From Paecilomyces variotii (taxonomy: Eukaryota), in NCBI GenBank assembly GCA_004022145.1, contig RCNU01000004.1: DNA of 64,000 nucleotides. One strand, written 5' to 3'. Under the pieces are notes generated by a model. It saw nothing but the letters and a program-made list of their open reading frames with translations, had not been told where the DNA came from and searched no databases. The translations under genes were made by a program, and so were the position numbers. This document shows, one piece after another, positions 52,922 through 64,000 of the stretch. Each line of letters begins with the position of its first letter. The stretch's first letter is position 1.

Positions 52922-53935
52922 AGCTGTCAGGCTGAGGATGCTTCTAGGTCTTCTGCTACAGTAAGTTATATCGACCTTATTCGAGATGAGATAGAGAGCA
53001 GCAGAAGATTAGATCACAGTAGAGAAGGCCAGCGTGATCCGCGGGTTAGCGGCGAAGGAAGCAGATGGTCGAGTAATAGGAGTATCCCATGGCTTTCTCT
53101 CCGAGAGACATTTGGGCATTTTATACTCATAACAGGATGCTACGTAAGATCCGGCATAGATCGCAACCTTCACTAGCTGGGTATCATTCTGTACTGTTCT
53201 CGCAGATCCTTCGTAAAAGGGCCATGAGCTCGCATGACAAGACTCATTTCCTCTGGGAGCCAAATCTCAAAAGTCTAAAATAGGGTTTAGCCATGGCAAC
53301 ACATAGGTATACAAGGGCCCACCGTACCAGTAGCTAGTTCTCCCCGTTTTCAGGAAGACGTCTGAGGACATCTACTGCGTACAGTCCTGAATCCTGATAC
53401 TAAGGGTTCCACAGGCAATTCTGTTGCGGGGAAATTATGGTTCAAGCTTGTAAGCTGGATTTTGATTGGACTCGATGCGACGCGCCTATGTGCACATTTC
53501 AGACATCCCCAGGAGAGCATAGTATTGGCTGATGGCCAGCGTCAGCGACTGGCACAATGTATCTACTCCCCGCAGGGTCCCCGCACTCATAGTTACTGGG
53601 GAAGGGCAGAATTGGAGCATCGCATGGTGCTTCCTGGGGAAACTCATTGTTAGCTCGTATTTAACAGACACTGATGCCAGAATGCCAGAAGCCCTGAGCT
53701 GGAGGTAACAACCTACACAAATATCTGACGGAGGATGCTGTCTGGCAAGTGGAGAAAGACGACGGAATGCGGAGTACATAGGCAAGGGCTAGCCTAGGTC
53801 AAAGAACACCTCCACAAGAAGCTTGATGGCGATCATCCTAGCTCAATTCCAGAATAATAGCTTGGACTAGGCGTTGCTCCAGACTGAACGATATCCAGCT
53901 TGGGGAAGAAACTAATTTCCACAGTTCCCGTCGGA

Positions 53936-54046
53936 TCCGGGGAAAGGCGGGGACGGTGGGTTCTTCCCCGGAGCGCGCCAGGAGCCAGGAGCCGCACCGC
54001 CATCCATATAGACGTGGGATGAGGAAATGATCATGATCATGATCAT
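53936..54046. promoter_or_regulatory. Motif cluster in divergent promoter: 9-bp inverted repeat, tandem GCCAGG, (ATGATC)n palindrome
   Basis: TCCGGGGAA 53936-53944 / TTCCCCGGA 53964-53972; GCCAGG at 53977 and 53984; ATGATCATGATCATGATCAT 54027-54046. Confidence 0.5.
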
Positions 54047-54874
54047 CTCACCTTTGGTGACAGCTGGTTAGTCGTATAAGGTAGAGTTTCGGGTTAAGGG
54101 AAACTGCCTGGAGTAACAGTTGGTGACCGTGCTTCCGAGGTCCTATAGAATCGCATGGTGCGGTTCCATGCCTCTGCGTGCAACTGATAAAGCCGGACGA
54201 TCTGCCGGGCTGATTAGATCTAGATCATCTCTTTCCTATGAGGCAGGCGAAAGTTGAAACTAGTTTCATAATCCTGCTCACTTCATATCCCCTACTGGCG
54301 CTAGGGTATTCGACAAAAAAAAAAGGAGAATCCTCCTGTTGTCTGCCTGGATGTATCTTAGCCAATGGCGGGGGCCATGTCGAAAAGGAACAGGAACTGT
54401 CGGACTCGTGCGAGGACCGTGTTCTCTCAAGCTCTGTCTCTGGAAAAAAGAAAGCGTTCTCCTATGCTAGGTTCAACTTTCGCCTGCTCCATAGGAAAGA
54501 GAACACTGCGATTGCCCGTCCTTCTCTTGGGACTGAAAACAATACCATATCTCAGTTCCTTCAGTTTTATCCATAGACTCCATTATCACTCCTCTTTCCT
54601 TCACATCCCACAGTACCACTGGGAACAAGATGAATCGTTATGAACATATGAACGCGCATCGGATGCATCGGTAGACATGGAATTGCTAAAATTACGTCAG
54701 ACCACAAAGTCAGCACATCGTCAGTCTTACGTGCCAGAACCATACTATTCGAACGATGCGATGTCCTTTTATGGAGAGTGAAAGTATCCTTCTTAGCAGA
54801 GAAGATCTCGTAGCAGACATTTCTTCGTAGCGACCGTTTATGATAAACTGAAATTTACCATACGCTCAAGCACA

Positions 54875-56439
54875 ATGGGTTCAGGCTGGGATAAAGATCG
54901 TAACTGGGACATATACGCCCACAAGCATCGTGTTGGTCATGGAAGATCTCCCAAGACCATCACCAAGAATGATCGCAATCCGACAGATGCCAAGCTCGAT
55001 CCTTATGGCACTGGAATTCGCCCTGAACCATATCGAAACGGTCTTGGCGCATCGATACTCGGCCCGCGCAATCGGGATAGAGAGAAGCAGGATCCAGATA
55101 TGATTCGTCCACCGTCGACGGACTCTGGACATATGCCTAATTTGAAATGGAGCTTCGCTGACTCCCACATGAAGATCGAGGTAAGTTGATACGCTTCTAC
55201 TATCATGGAGCTCTACGCTAGATAGGTACTCATTTTCGTGGTGTGAAGGAGGGAGGATGGGCGAGAGAGACTACTGTCAGAGAGCTTCCCACGAGGTTAG
55301 TACTACTTAAGAGGAAAAGGTCGTATTGAGATCGTCTAATCACGGTATGGCAATAGCATCGAGCTTGCGGGAGTCAACATGCGACTCGATGAAGGCGCTA
55401 TTCGGGAACTGCATTGGCATAAAGAGGTAATCAAAATTCCTACTAGTTTCCTACGAGACCCTATACTGACCGTATAGGCTGAATGGGGATATGTCCTGGA
55501 GGGGACGACTCGCGTTACTTGTCTTGACAATGAGGGAGGCAACTTTTCGGACGAAGTCAGCAAAGGCGGACTCTGGTATTTCCCATCAGGTGTTCCGCAC
55601 AGCCTTCAGGGAATGGGTCCAGGTGGAACTGAGTTCCTCTTAATCTTCGATAACGGAAACTTCAGTGAAGAAGAGACTTTCTTGCTCTCAGACTGGCTTG
55701 GTAAGGGTCCAGAAACATCTGTCACACCAGATAGACAAGCGTAAAAGGCAAGGCTGATGATGTTGTACCAGCACACACGCCCAAGTCAGTGATCGCACAA
55801 AACTTTCGCCTCTCTCCAGAAATATTTGCCAACATTCCCCAGAAGGAGAAGTATATCTTTCAAGGGAGTGTCCCCTCTGCAATAGAGCTTGAACAACCTT
55901 CCCGTGGTGGTGTGAAAGCTTCAAAGTATCGATTCACGCACAAAATGCTGGACCAGGAGCCCCTGGATGCCACTGGTGGTCAGGTCCGGATTACTGACTC
56001 TACTAACTTCCCTATCTCAAAGACTGTGGCTGCTGCTCATGCTACAATAAATCCCGGGTGCCTCCGTGAGTTACACTGGCATCCGAACGCTGATGAATGG
56101 TCCTTCTTTATCAAGGGTAGAGCTCGAGTCACAGTCTTTGCGGCAAGCGGAGTATCCCGAACATTCAACTATGTTGCCGGTGATGTGGGTATCGTGCCAA
56201 AGAGCATGGCACATTATGTCGAAAACCTGAGTGATGAAGAGCCGGTTGAAATGCTGGAAATCTTTCGGGCACCTAAGTTTGAAGATTTCAGTCTTGAGCA
56301 GTGGCTAGCCTCGACGCCGGATAGAATGGTGAAGGAGCATCTTTTTGCGGGGGACTCCGAGAGTGGACAGAAGTTCTTGAAAGCTCTCAAGGGGACAAAG
56401 GATCCTATCAAAAGTCCTTCAAGAGAATCTAAATTGTAG
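54875..56439 (+). CDS. oxdC: Oxalate decarboxylase (bicupin), multi-exon, no signal peptide
   Basis: KWSFADSH, GGWARETTV, two RELHWH...EW Mn-binding cupin motifs, lid FSEEETF. Confidence 0.93.
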
Positions 56440-56822
56440 TTAGACGCATCACTCGAGGATACCAAATTCAACATCTGACAGACCATATCAAGAAGATCGG
56501 TAGGGCGCATATCTGGTGATAACAGCCACGGGTAGTAAATATGTCTCATAGTGTCTGGAAACTCCAATTGCCTAGGTCCTAAGAGCCAGCTGGTATATAG
56601 AAGAAACAGAATTCCAATGATCTAAAACTGTCTCAATTCATAATATGCAATGCTATGCTTCCCCTGAAAACGCCTCGAAATTCCATCTGCTAAAAATATC
56701 CATGCGAAGGCAAAAGCACGAAGGTCGAATATCACGGTACAGGTCGACAGAACATCTCAACTGCGGTATAACTCCATGAATACGCCCTTGGGAAAGGTAT
56801 CTCTTCCTGTTTTAACCATACA

Positions 56823-59648
56823 TCATCTAAAGACGGATACGAAACGCTTCAAAAGTCGACGGAATTCACTGTCCGGGCTTGGGCTTGAGGTCCGGTGCCA
56901 CTCGCCGTTGAAGGCATTGACAAGCCAGTAAGAAAGACCTAGTCGAGTCAGCATTAAATCTTTGCTATCTCTGAATAGGAAAGCACTTACGGTCATAGAC
57001 CATTCTATGAGCATTGTGGAAGTATATACTGTGGTCGGAATCAGGGTACACGTGCACATCATAATTCTCCACACCGGCCAGGTCAAGCTTGTCAATCAGT
57101 GAAAGGGAATTCTGTAGATGTACATTGTCGTCGGCAACGCCATGAATTACGAGAAATCGTACAGTCTGGCGCAACGCAGAAACGTCAGAAATGGACGCAT
57201 TGTCGTAGCCAGAAGGGTTATGCTCGGGAGTATGCATATATCGCTCGGTGTAAATAGAGTCTGAAACATGTTAACAACAACACAGTCACATGTAACGTGG
57301 GACGTACCATAAAAGCGCCAGTCTGTTACTGGTGCTACAGCCATGCCATACTGGAAAGTCTTGCCAGCGTCTTGCTCAAGAGTCTTCAAGGTCATGAAGC
57401 CACCGTAGCTCCAACCCCAGATTGCCATACGTGTCTCATCTACGTAGCTTTTCGCAGCCCAGATCTTAGCTGTTTCGATCTGATCCCTAGCTTCATAATG
57501 TCCCAGGTTGTCACGAACAATACACCTAGCCTTTCTCCCAATGAAACCAGTCCCGCGGCCGTCAACGGTAACGACAATATATCCCAAGCTTGACGCGATA
57601 TAAGAGTGGAAATCAACACCAAAGGTGCGATCAACAGTCTGCGAGCCAGGTCCTCCATAGAGATGGAAGAGCACGGGGTATTTCTTCCTTGGATTGAAGT
57701 GCGGGGGGCGTCGCTCAACGACCTGTAGTGTGTAGCCATCGATCGTGACATTCTGGTAAACCTCAACAGGAAGGGCATGGTCCTTGACCATCTGGGCCAA
57801 TCCCTGATTTTCCTCTATCACTTCCGTGTAAGACATATTATTGCTCGGGGTACTCTTCACGGCCTGCCACGGAACAGAAGGTCCCGCGTAGGTCATCAAT
57901 ACATAGCCACCACCTTTGGAAAACGAGGCACCATAATATCCTATCTCAGATGTGTTCGTTATTGGTTTCAGATCGGATCCGTCCAGTTTGACACTATAGA
58001 CGTGACGCTGGGTCGGGCCCTCCTTGGTCGCAATAAAATAAACAATGTCGTTCTCTAGGTCAACCGCAGCGGGTCCACCCACGACTTCCCATTCTCCTGA
58101 AGTGAGTAGGGTAGGGGTCGGGTTATCAAGCGGTGTAAAATAGGCCAAGTGATCATATCCTTCATGAGGAATCACGTCAATATATCCATCATGAGTCCGG
58201 CCCTTTTCAGGAGCTGCGGGAATGTATCGTGTAGACTGAGTCGGTTCAACCCATCCGCCGTCAAGACTAGCAATATCGTCAGACCTAACAACGCTGCCGG
58301 TTCTCGATGCAGTGTCTATGAGGATGACTTTCAGGACGTCGCTCTCACGATTAGTCTCTCTTACGAGAACGTTTTCGTTGGCCGTCCACAACACCTCAAT
58401 GATGAGACGATCCTCATCCGGAAAGTCCTGTGACACATCCACAGAGAAGACCTCTCCTTTCTCTACATCGTAGAATTGCAGATTGACGGTGGGATTAGGG
58501 GAGCCGGCCTTGGGATATTTGATACGCCGAACTTCGGGGTAGTTCTCAAGTCCTGGAGGCGGGGTCTTTCCAGATGGTCTAGACATGAAGTACTGTACGG
58601 GGTACTCGGGAACAGTAGCCTCGTCGGTGCGGAGGAAAGCAATATACTTGCCGTCCTCTGCCCACCAAGTGACACTATTTCCAGAGAAAACTTCCTCTTC
58701 ATATACCCAATCAGGTACTCCGTAAAACAGATTCTTCCCACCATCTGTGGTGATGGGGACGACCTTGCTGGACAGCAGTTTACGCAAGTACATGTTGTTC
58801 TTCTTGGTAAAAACAACCGCGTCAGACAGCGGAGACCATGATGCTAGTTGTACTCGCGCGTCGGGATCACTGGGGTCCAGCGGCTGAGCAGTTTGGGTGT
58901 CGACATCAAACAACCAGTATCTCCCAGTGAACGAGTGGCGCCAATTCTTCTGCTCGTCGGACAACACGAGTACGGTCTTCAGATCGGGACTCGGCCACAC
59001 CCTGCTGGGAGTGATAGTCTCGCCATTGACATGTATATATGAACTGTTCATGAGGACTCTCGTCTGTTTATGCTCCGCTTCGACGTTACGGTACCTTACG
59101 TCTTCGACGCGAAGGTATTCCTGCTCATTGCCCCCTCCTCTCTCAAGAAGCAACCCGTCTTCACCATCAGGACCAGCGATCCAAGAAATCGCATGTGACC
59201 GCGGATACCACTGTCCTGTCAAGACTTGCTCAAGTGTGACCGGCTTTCCGTAGTTTGTTGTCGACTCCGAATCAGCAGCATAAACAACTGCCGCTGATCC
59301 CGTCGCAGCATTGCCTGCCCGCTTCTGTCCCAGAAACAGGAAGAAAGACAATACCCAACCTCCCACACACAGTATCCCAAGAACCCATAAGATCCGGCGT
59401 GTCTTGCTAGGGGTAGCCTTTCGCTCTGTATTGGGTAGAAACGCAGCATTGACCCCCGATTCCCCTTCTTCTAAGTCACGGTATCTCCCATGCTCCGATA
59501 TCTTTCTCAGCTTCTGTGAAGCATCGCGGTTGTCGTCGAAGAACATAGACTCGTCTGACGACGACTCGGAATCGGAAGCTGGCAATGCTGGGGAGCTGGA
59601 CCGCTGCGTGAGAGGAACGGACTCCTCATGGCTACTCCTCCTATCCAT
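56823..59648 (-). CDS. dapB: Dipeptidyl aminopeptidase B (DPP IV family, type II membrane), 3 exons
   Basis: Single N-terminal [30 protein letters not shown]. Confidence 0.96.
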
Positions 59649-60508
59649 ACCGGCGGGACTAACTCGCTCCGCGGTCTTTCAATGTTAATCCAACACCGAA
59701 AAGATCGACAGTTTCATAGGGGACGGAGCGACGACGGAGACAGCTAGGTGTCGGTAGTAGGGAAGCGCGGGCCACTCGAACAATGGAGGCGAATATACTT
59801 CGTACGATCCGGTCCTATACGTATACAGGGATTTTTTGATGATCAAAGCATTGAATGATAAATACTTTCAGCTCTAGGAGGACGGAACATGTATCGATCT
59901 GTCACCCCCTGGGCTGGAACTAGCTGGAGCTCGTCTGACGCGAGACCGCGGATGTCTTGGCATCGGCATTAGTTAACTTCGAAGACTCAGCCGCAGGTTT
60001 GCTAAGCGTTTATGAATCGTCTCCAACGTTGAATAACACGACTTTACTCAGACCATTACAGCGGGAGGATTTGAAATACAGGTATGAATGAATACGATAG
60101 TAATAAGTAAAAATGCGACATTTCAATTTCCATATTTCCGGAATGTGCATGTCTAAAGGTCCCTTTTATATATACACTCTCTATGTGCTACAGAAACCTC
60201 AGAGACCACACACGGAGGCTCTGTCTGCAAAGTATCCTCAATAAGCTCTAAATAGGGACGATATCTAAGTTGTGCCGGGTGCTACAATGCTATGCAAAAG
60301 CTTACAAAGCGCTCGTACCTTCTACATTGAATCTTTGATTGTACGGGAGATATAAGTGTCTTGGAAACTGAGATATGATCATATTAAAATGACTGGTATG
60401 GTTCTTGGCTGTATCTATTTGCAACACTTTTTTGCTTTTCCCAGCCTCAATTCCGCATCGTCACCAGGAGATAAAAATGCCCCTCTTTTAACATGCATCA
60501 CACCCAAA

Positions 60509-62492
60509 TTATCTTGACAAGGCAATATCATCGATTCTCAGAATCATCTTCACTGTCTCCGCTGCGAGCTCAATTGCACTTGTGCTCACTAGCAGAGGCT
60601 GAAGGACTCTCTCCTCTGTGATATTGTCCTTGACACCACCGCTCCTGATGCTAACACCAGCATTCTGTTCGCCCTGAGCATGACGGTGGCGCAGATCAGT
60701 CACAACTTTAATCGAGTTGAGACCAGCGTTTTCGGCCAAAGTGGTCGGGATGACTTCCATGGCGTCCGCGAAAGCCTTCCAGCAAATGGACTCTGTCCCA
60801 CTAAGCTCACGGGAACGCATGCTGAGACGGTGTGCGACCTCGATTTCTGGCGCACCACCTCCAGCAATTAGGGCACGTTTCTTCACCAAGCACCTAATGA
60901 CACAGAGCGCGTCATGGATCGACCGGTCTGCCTCATCCAAGATCAAGTTGTTGGCACCACGAGCGACAATCGAAACAGTCTGGTTCGGCGTGCTCGAAGG
61001 GGTCTTGATGCCGGTGACCTTGACATAGCGTGCGCCCGAAGATTGAACCTCCTCAACGAGGTCAGCGGTGCCCAGTTTGTCCTCAGTGAAAGAGTCGATG
61101 TTCGCGATGGGCTTGCAACCGAGACTCTTGCAGATGAACTCAACCTCATCACGCTCGATGTCCTTGACGGCGAGGATCTTGAGACGAGAAAGGAAGTGGA
61201 GCGAGAGATCATTCACGGCATCACGGAGAATAGATTTCTGGATCAGCAAGACATTACACTTAGTCTTCTGGATCTTCTTCACCATGTTGAGAAGGTATTG
61301 GCGCTCCTCCTTCAGGATCTTATCCATTTGTCGGTAGTCATTGACGACAATTTGGTTCTCCATCTGCAAATCATCAGCACAGAGCTCCAACCAAGGCGTG
61401 GGCTTCAACATACATCAGGCTTCGGTGGACTAAGTTGAAACTGAATAAGACCTATCCGCGCCTTCTCAATTCTCGTGGGACCTCCACCACTCTTGATAAC
61501 GGGCTGGTTCAGAACCAAGCCGTCGATCATCTCACTGTCTTCGATGGTACCGCCGACCTTCTTGACAATTCGGATATTCCGTAGATCCACGTTGTCCGAA
61601 GTTTTAGGGTCGATAATTTTCAGAACTGAGTCGACCGCCATCGGGCCCAGGAGACTCGAGTGCTGTGACACGATCTTCGAAGAAAGGGAGGTGGAGGCGG
61701 CTTGGAGGAGAGTCGCACGGTCGGTCAGGTTGATAGGAATCGACATTCCGTGGAGAATCTCAACCGCGGCAGCAGCAGCTCTCTGGAAAGATTCAGCGAT
61801 AATCGTAGGATGGATGCCTGGAAATGTCAGCTTTCGATGGAGAATTGTCTAGCTTGAAATATCATACCCTTGCCTAACAGGCGTTCTGCAGCGCCGAGCA
61901 GACTGCCGGCGATGACAACGACAGAGGTAGTTCCATCACCTGCTTCCACATCCTGTGCCGCACTGAGGTCGACTAGCATTTTGGCCGCGGGGTGCATAAC
62001 GCTCATGGACTTCAGCATAGTATTTCCATCGTTCGTCTGATCTTATCAGTATTGGAGCTCGTATGGGCGAGGGTGAGAAACGTACGATGATGGTATTTCC
62101 TTTGCCGGATTGAATCTGCATAAAGTTAGCTCAGGAAATAATTTGAAGTCCAGATTCGCGTCTCACCATCTTATCCATTCCTCGTGGTCCAAGCGACTGT
62201 GTTCAATTAGCCCCTCACTCAATGATCAGCATTGCGGAGTAGTATATACTGTTCTGATAGCATCGGCGACAGCTGTGACTTGTCAGCACCAGCACAGAGA
62301 AAGATGTTTTTGCTTTCAAGGGACTGATACATACCTCTGGCTGCCATGATGTTGGCATTTCGGACAGCCATAGGCTTTTCCTTATCCTGCGGGCGATCAG
62401 AATCCACGTTCACGCACAGCTGGCATAAAATCATTTGGACGAACCTTGAAGGCATTATTGCCAGCATTTCCTTGAGCCACTGCTGTAGCCAT
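60509..62492 (-). CDS. CCT4: T-complex protein 1 subunit delta, many short 5' exons
   Basis: [43 protein letters not shown]. Confidence 0.96.
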
Positions 62493-62839
62493 CTTTCCCG
62501 CAGTAACCTGTAATCACCTAATGACAATCAAAGCAAAGGCGGGGTCTGAGGGGGAGAGCTCGAGTGTCCGGAGGCGGCTCTTTGGAATTTCGCGAACTCG
62601 CTCGTTCTCAGGATGCTTGGCACCGCTAGCGCCCGTCACGGAGCTCGACGTACTCACTCGGCAGCCTGAGGAGCTACAGCTTGATCATCAACACATCACT
62701 CCATCCCTTCCGCTCCCACCTTTCACGACCCTGTCTTTGGACGGTCCGCTGCCGCTGCTTCTTCCCTCCTGGTAGATATTGTATTCCGTGTCTATCCTAC
62801 ATTCTTTTTGACTCGCGTGTAACGCCCGGCGTCGCCACC

Positions 62840-64000
62840 ATGCCCAGCGCCACGGGTTCCAACTGGGAGAAGTACCAGAAGAACTTTGCGGACGATGAAG
62901 AACCAGAGAAGAAAATCACACCTCTTACCGATGAGTGAGTTAATCGCGACCTGAGTCTTGCAGATGACTAACGGCATGCAGTGATATCCAAGTATTGAAG
63001 ACATACGGCGCGGCTCCCTACGCTGCAGCTTTGAAGAAGCTCGAGAAGCAGATCAAAGAGAAGCAAGCGAGTGTAAACGATAAGATCGGAGTCAAGGTAT
63101 TTTACACTGTTCGCTGTTGGAAGTACAAATCTGACGTCTCTAGGAATCCGACACCGGTCTTGCGCCCCCTCACCTCTGGGACGTTGCCGCAGACAGACAA
63201 CGTATGCAAGAAGAACAACCATTGCAGGTTGCCCGCTGCACCAAAATCATCCAAGACGAAAAGGATGAAGATAAGAGCAAATATGTCATCAACGTCAAGC
63301 AGATTGCCAAATTCGTTGTCAACCTCGGTGAACGGGTCAGCCCAACAGATATCGAGGAGGGAATGAGAGTTGGGTGGGCAGATCCCTTCGTTATTACTGG
63401 AAACAGCTGTACTGACGGGTGCTTTTAGTGTCGACCGAAACAAGTACCAGATTCTGCTGCCCTTGCCTCCTAAGATCGATCCTAGCGTAACAATGATGAC
63501 CGTGGAAGACAAGCCGGATGTGACATACGGAGATGTTGGTGGTTCAAAAGAACAGATTGAGAAGCTGCGGGAAGTGGTCGAGATGCCGTTGCTTTCTCCG
63601 GAGAGATTCGTCAACCTGGGTATTGACCCCCCGAAGGGAGCTCTACTCTATGGGCCTCCTGGTACGGGTAAGACGCTGTGCGCCAGAGCCGTTGCCAACA
63701 GAACAGATGCTACATTCATCCGTGTCATTGGTAGTGAGCTGGTGCAGAAGTATGTCGGTGAGGGTGCCAGAATGGTTCGAGAACTTTTCGAAATGGCACG
63801 GACAAAGAAGGCCTGCATTATTTTCTTCGACGAGATTGATGCCATTGGAGGAGCACGATTTGACGATGGAGCGGGTGGTGATAATGAGGTGCAGCGTACC
63901 ATGTTGGAGCTTATTACCCAGCTGGATGGGTTCGACTCGCGTGGTAACATCAAGGTGATGTTTGCGACCAACCGACCGTCAACCCTGGATCCAGCCCTGA
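62840..64000 (+). CDS. RPT1: 26S proteasome regulatory ATPase subunit 7 (runs off window end)
   Basis: [52 protein letters not shown]. Confidence 0.97.

Noticed and set aside
1-64000. CRISPR arrays, intact LTR/LINE/DDE transposons, secondary-metabolite backbone genes
   Set aside because: No repeat-spacer arrays, RT/transposase ORFs or PKS/NRPS domains seen

Overview
Intron-containing genomic DNA of a filamentous ascomycete, most likely Eurotiales (Aspergillus/Paecilomyces/Penicillium-like). All product calls come from motif recognition by eye; no database search was run. Two core-gene blocks: about 17-36 kb (alpha-COP, Erv1, AP-1 beta adaptin, tubulin cofactor C, sedolisin) and about 47-64 kb (GST-like, mL54, Gpr1/Fun34/YaaH transporter, oxalate decarboxylase, dapB, CCT4, RPT1). 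Two accessory intervals: (i) about 2-10.6 kb, an island of small genes (stand-alone RNase III domain with altered catalytic residues, secreted esterase, PD-(D/E)XK-like protein, uncharacterised protein, permease and possible HET relics) that ends at an intact dispersed 5S rRNA gene; (ii) about 36.8-45.2 kb, which looks like a derelict Starship-type giant transposon (frameshifted DUF3435 'captain' and two DUF3723 relics, all on the minus strand) with one apparently intact spliced 39-aa CxxC...CxxC microprotein gene inside. Also notable: a divergent pair of a signal-peptide-less oxalate decarboxylase and a carboxylate transporter, and a GC-AG first intron in alpha-COP.
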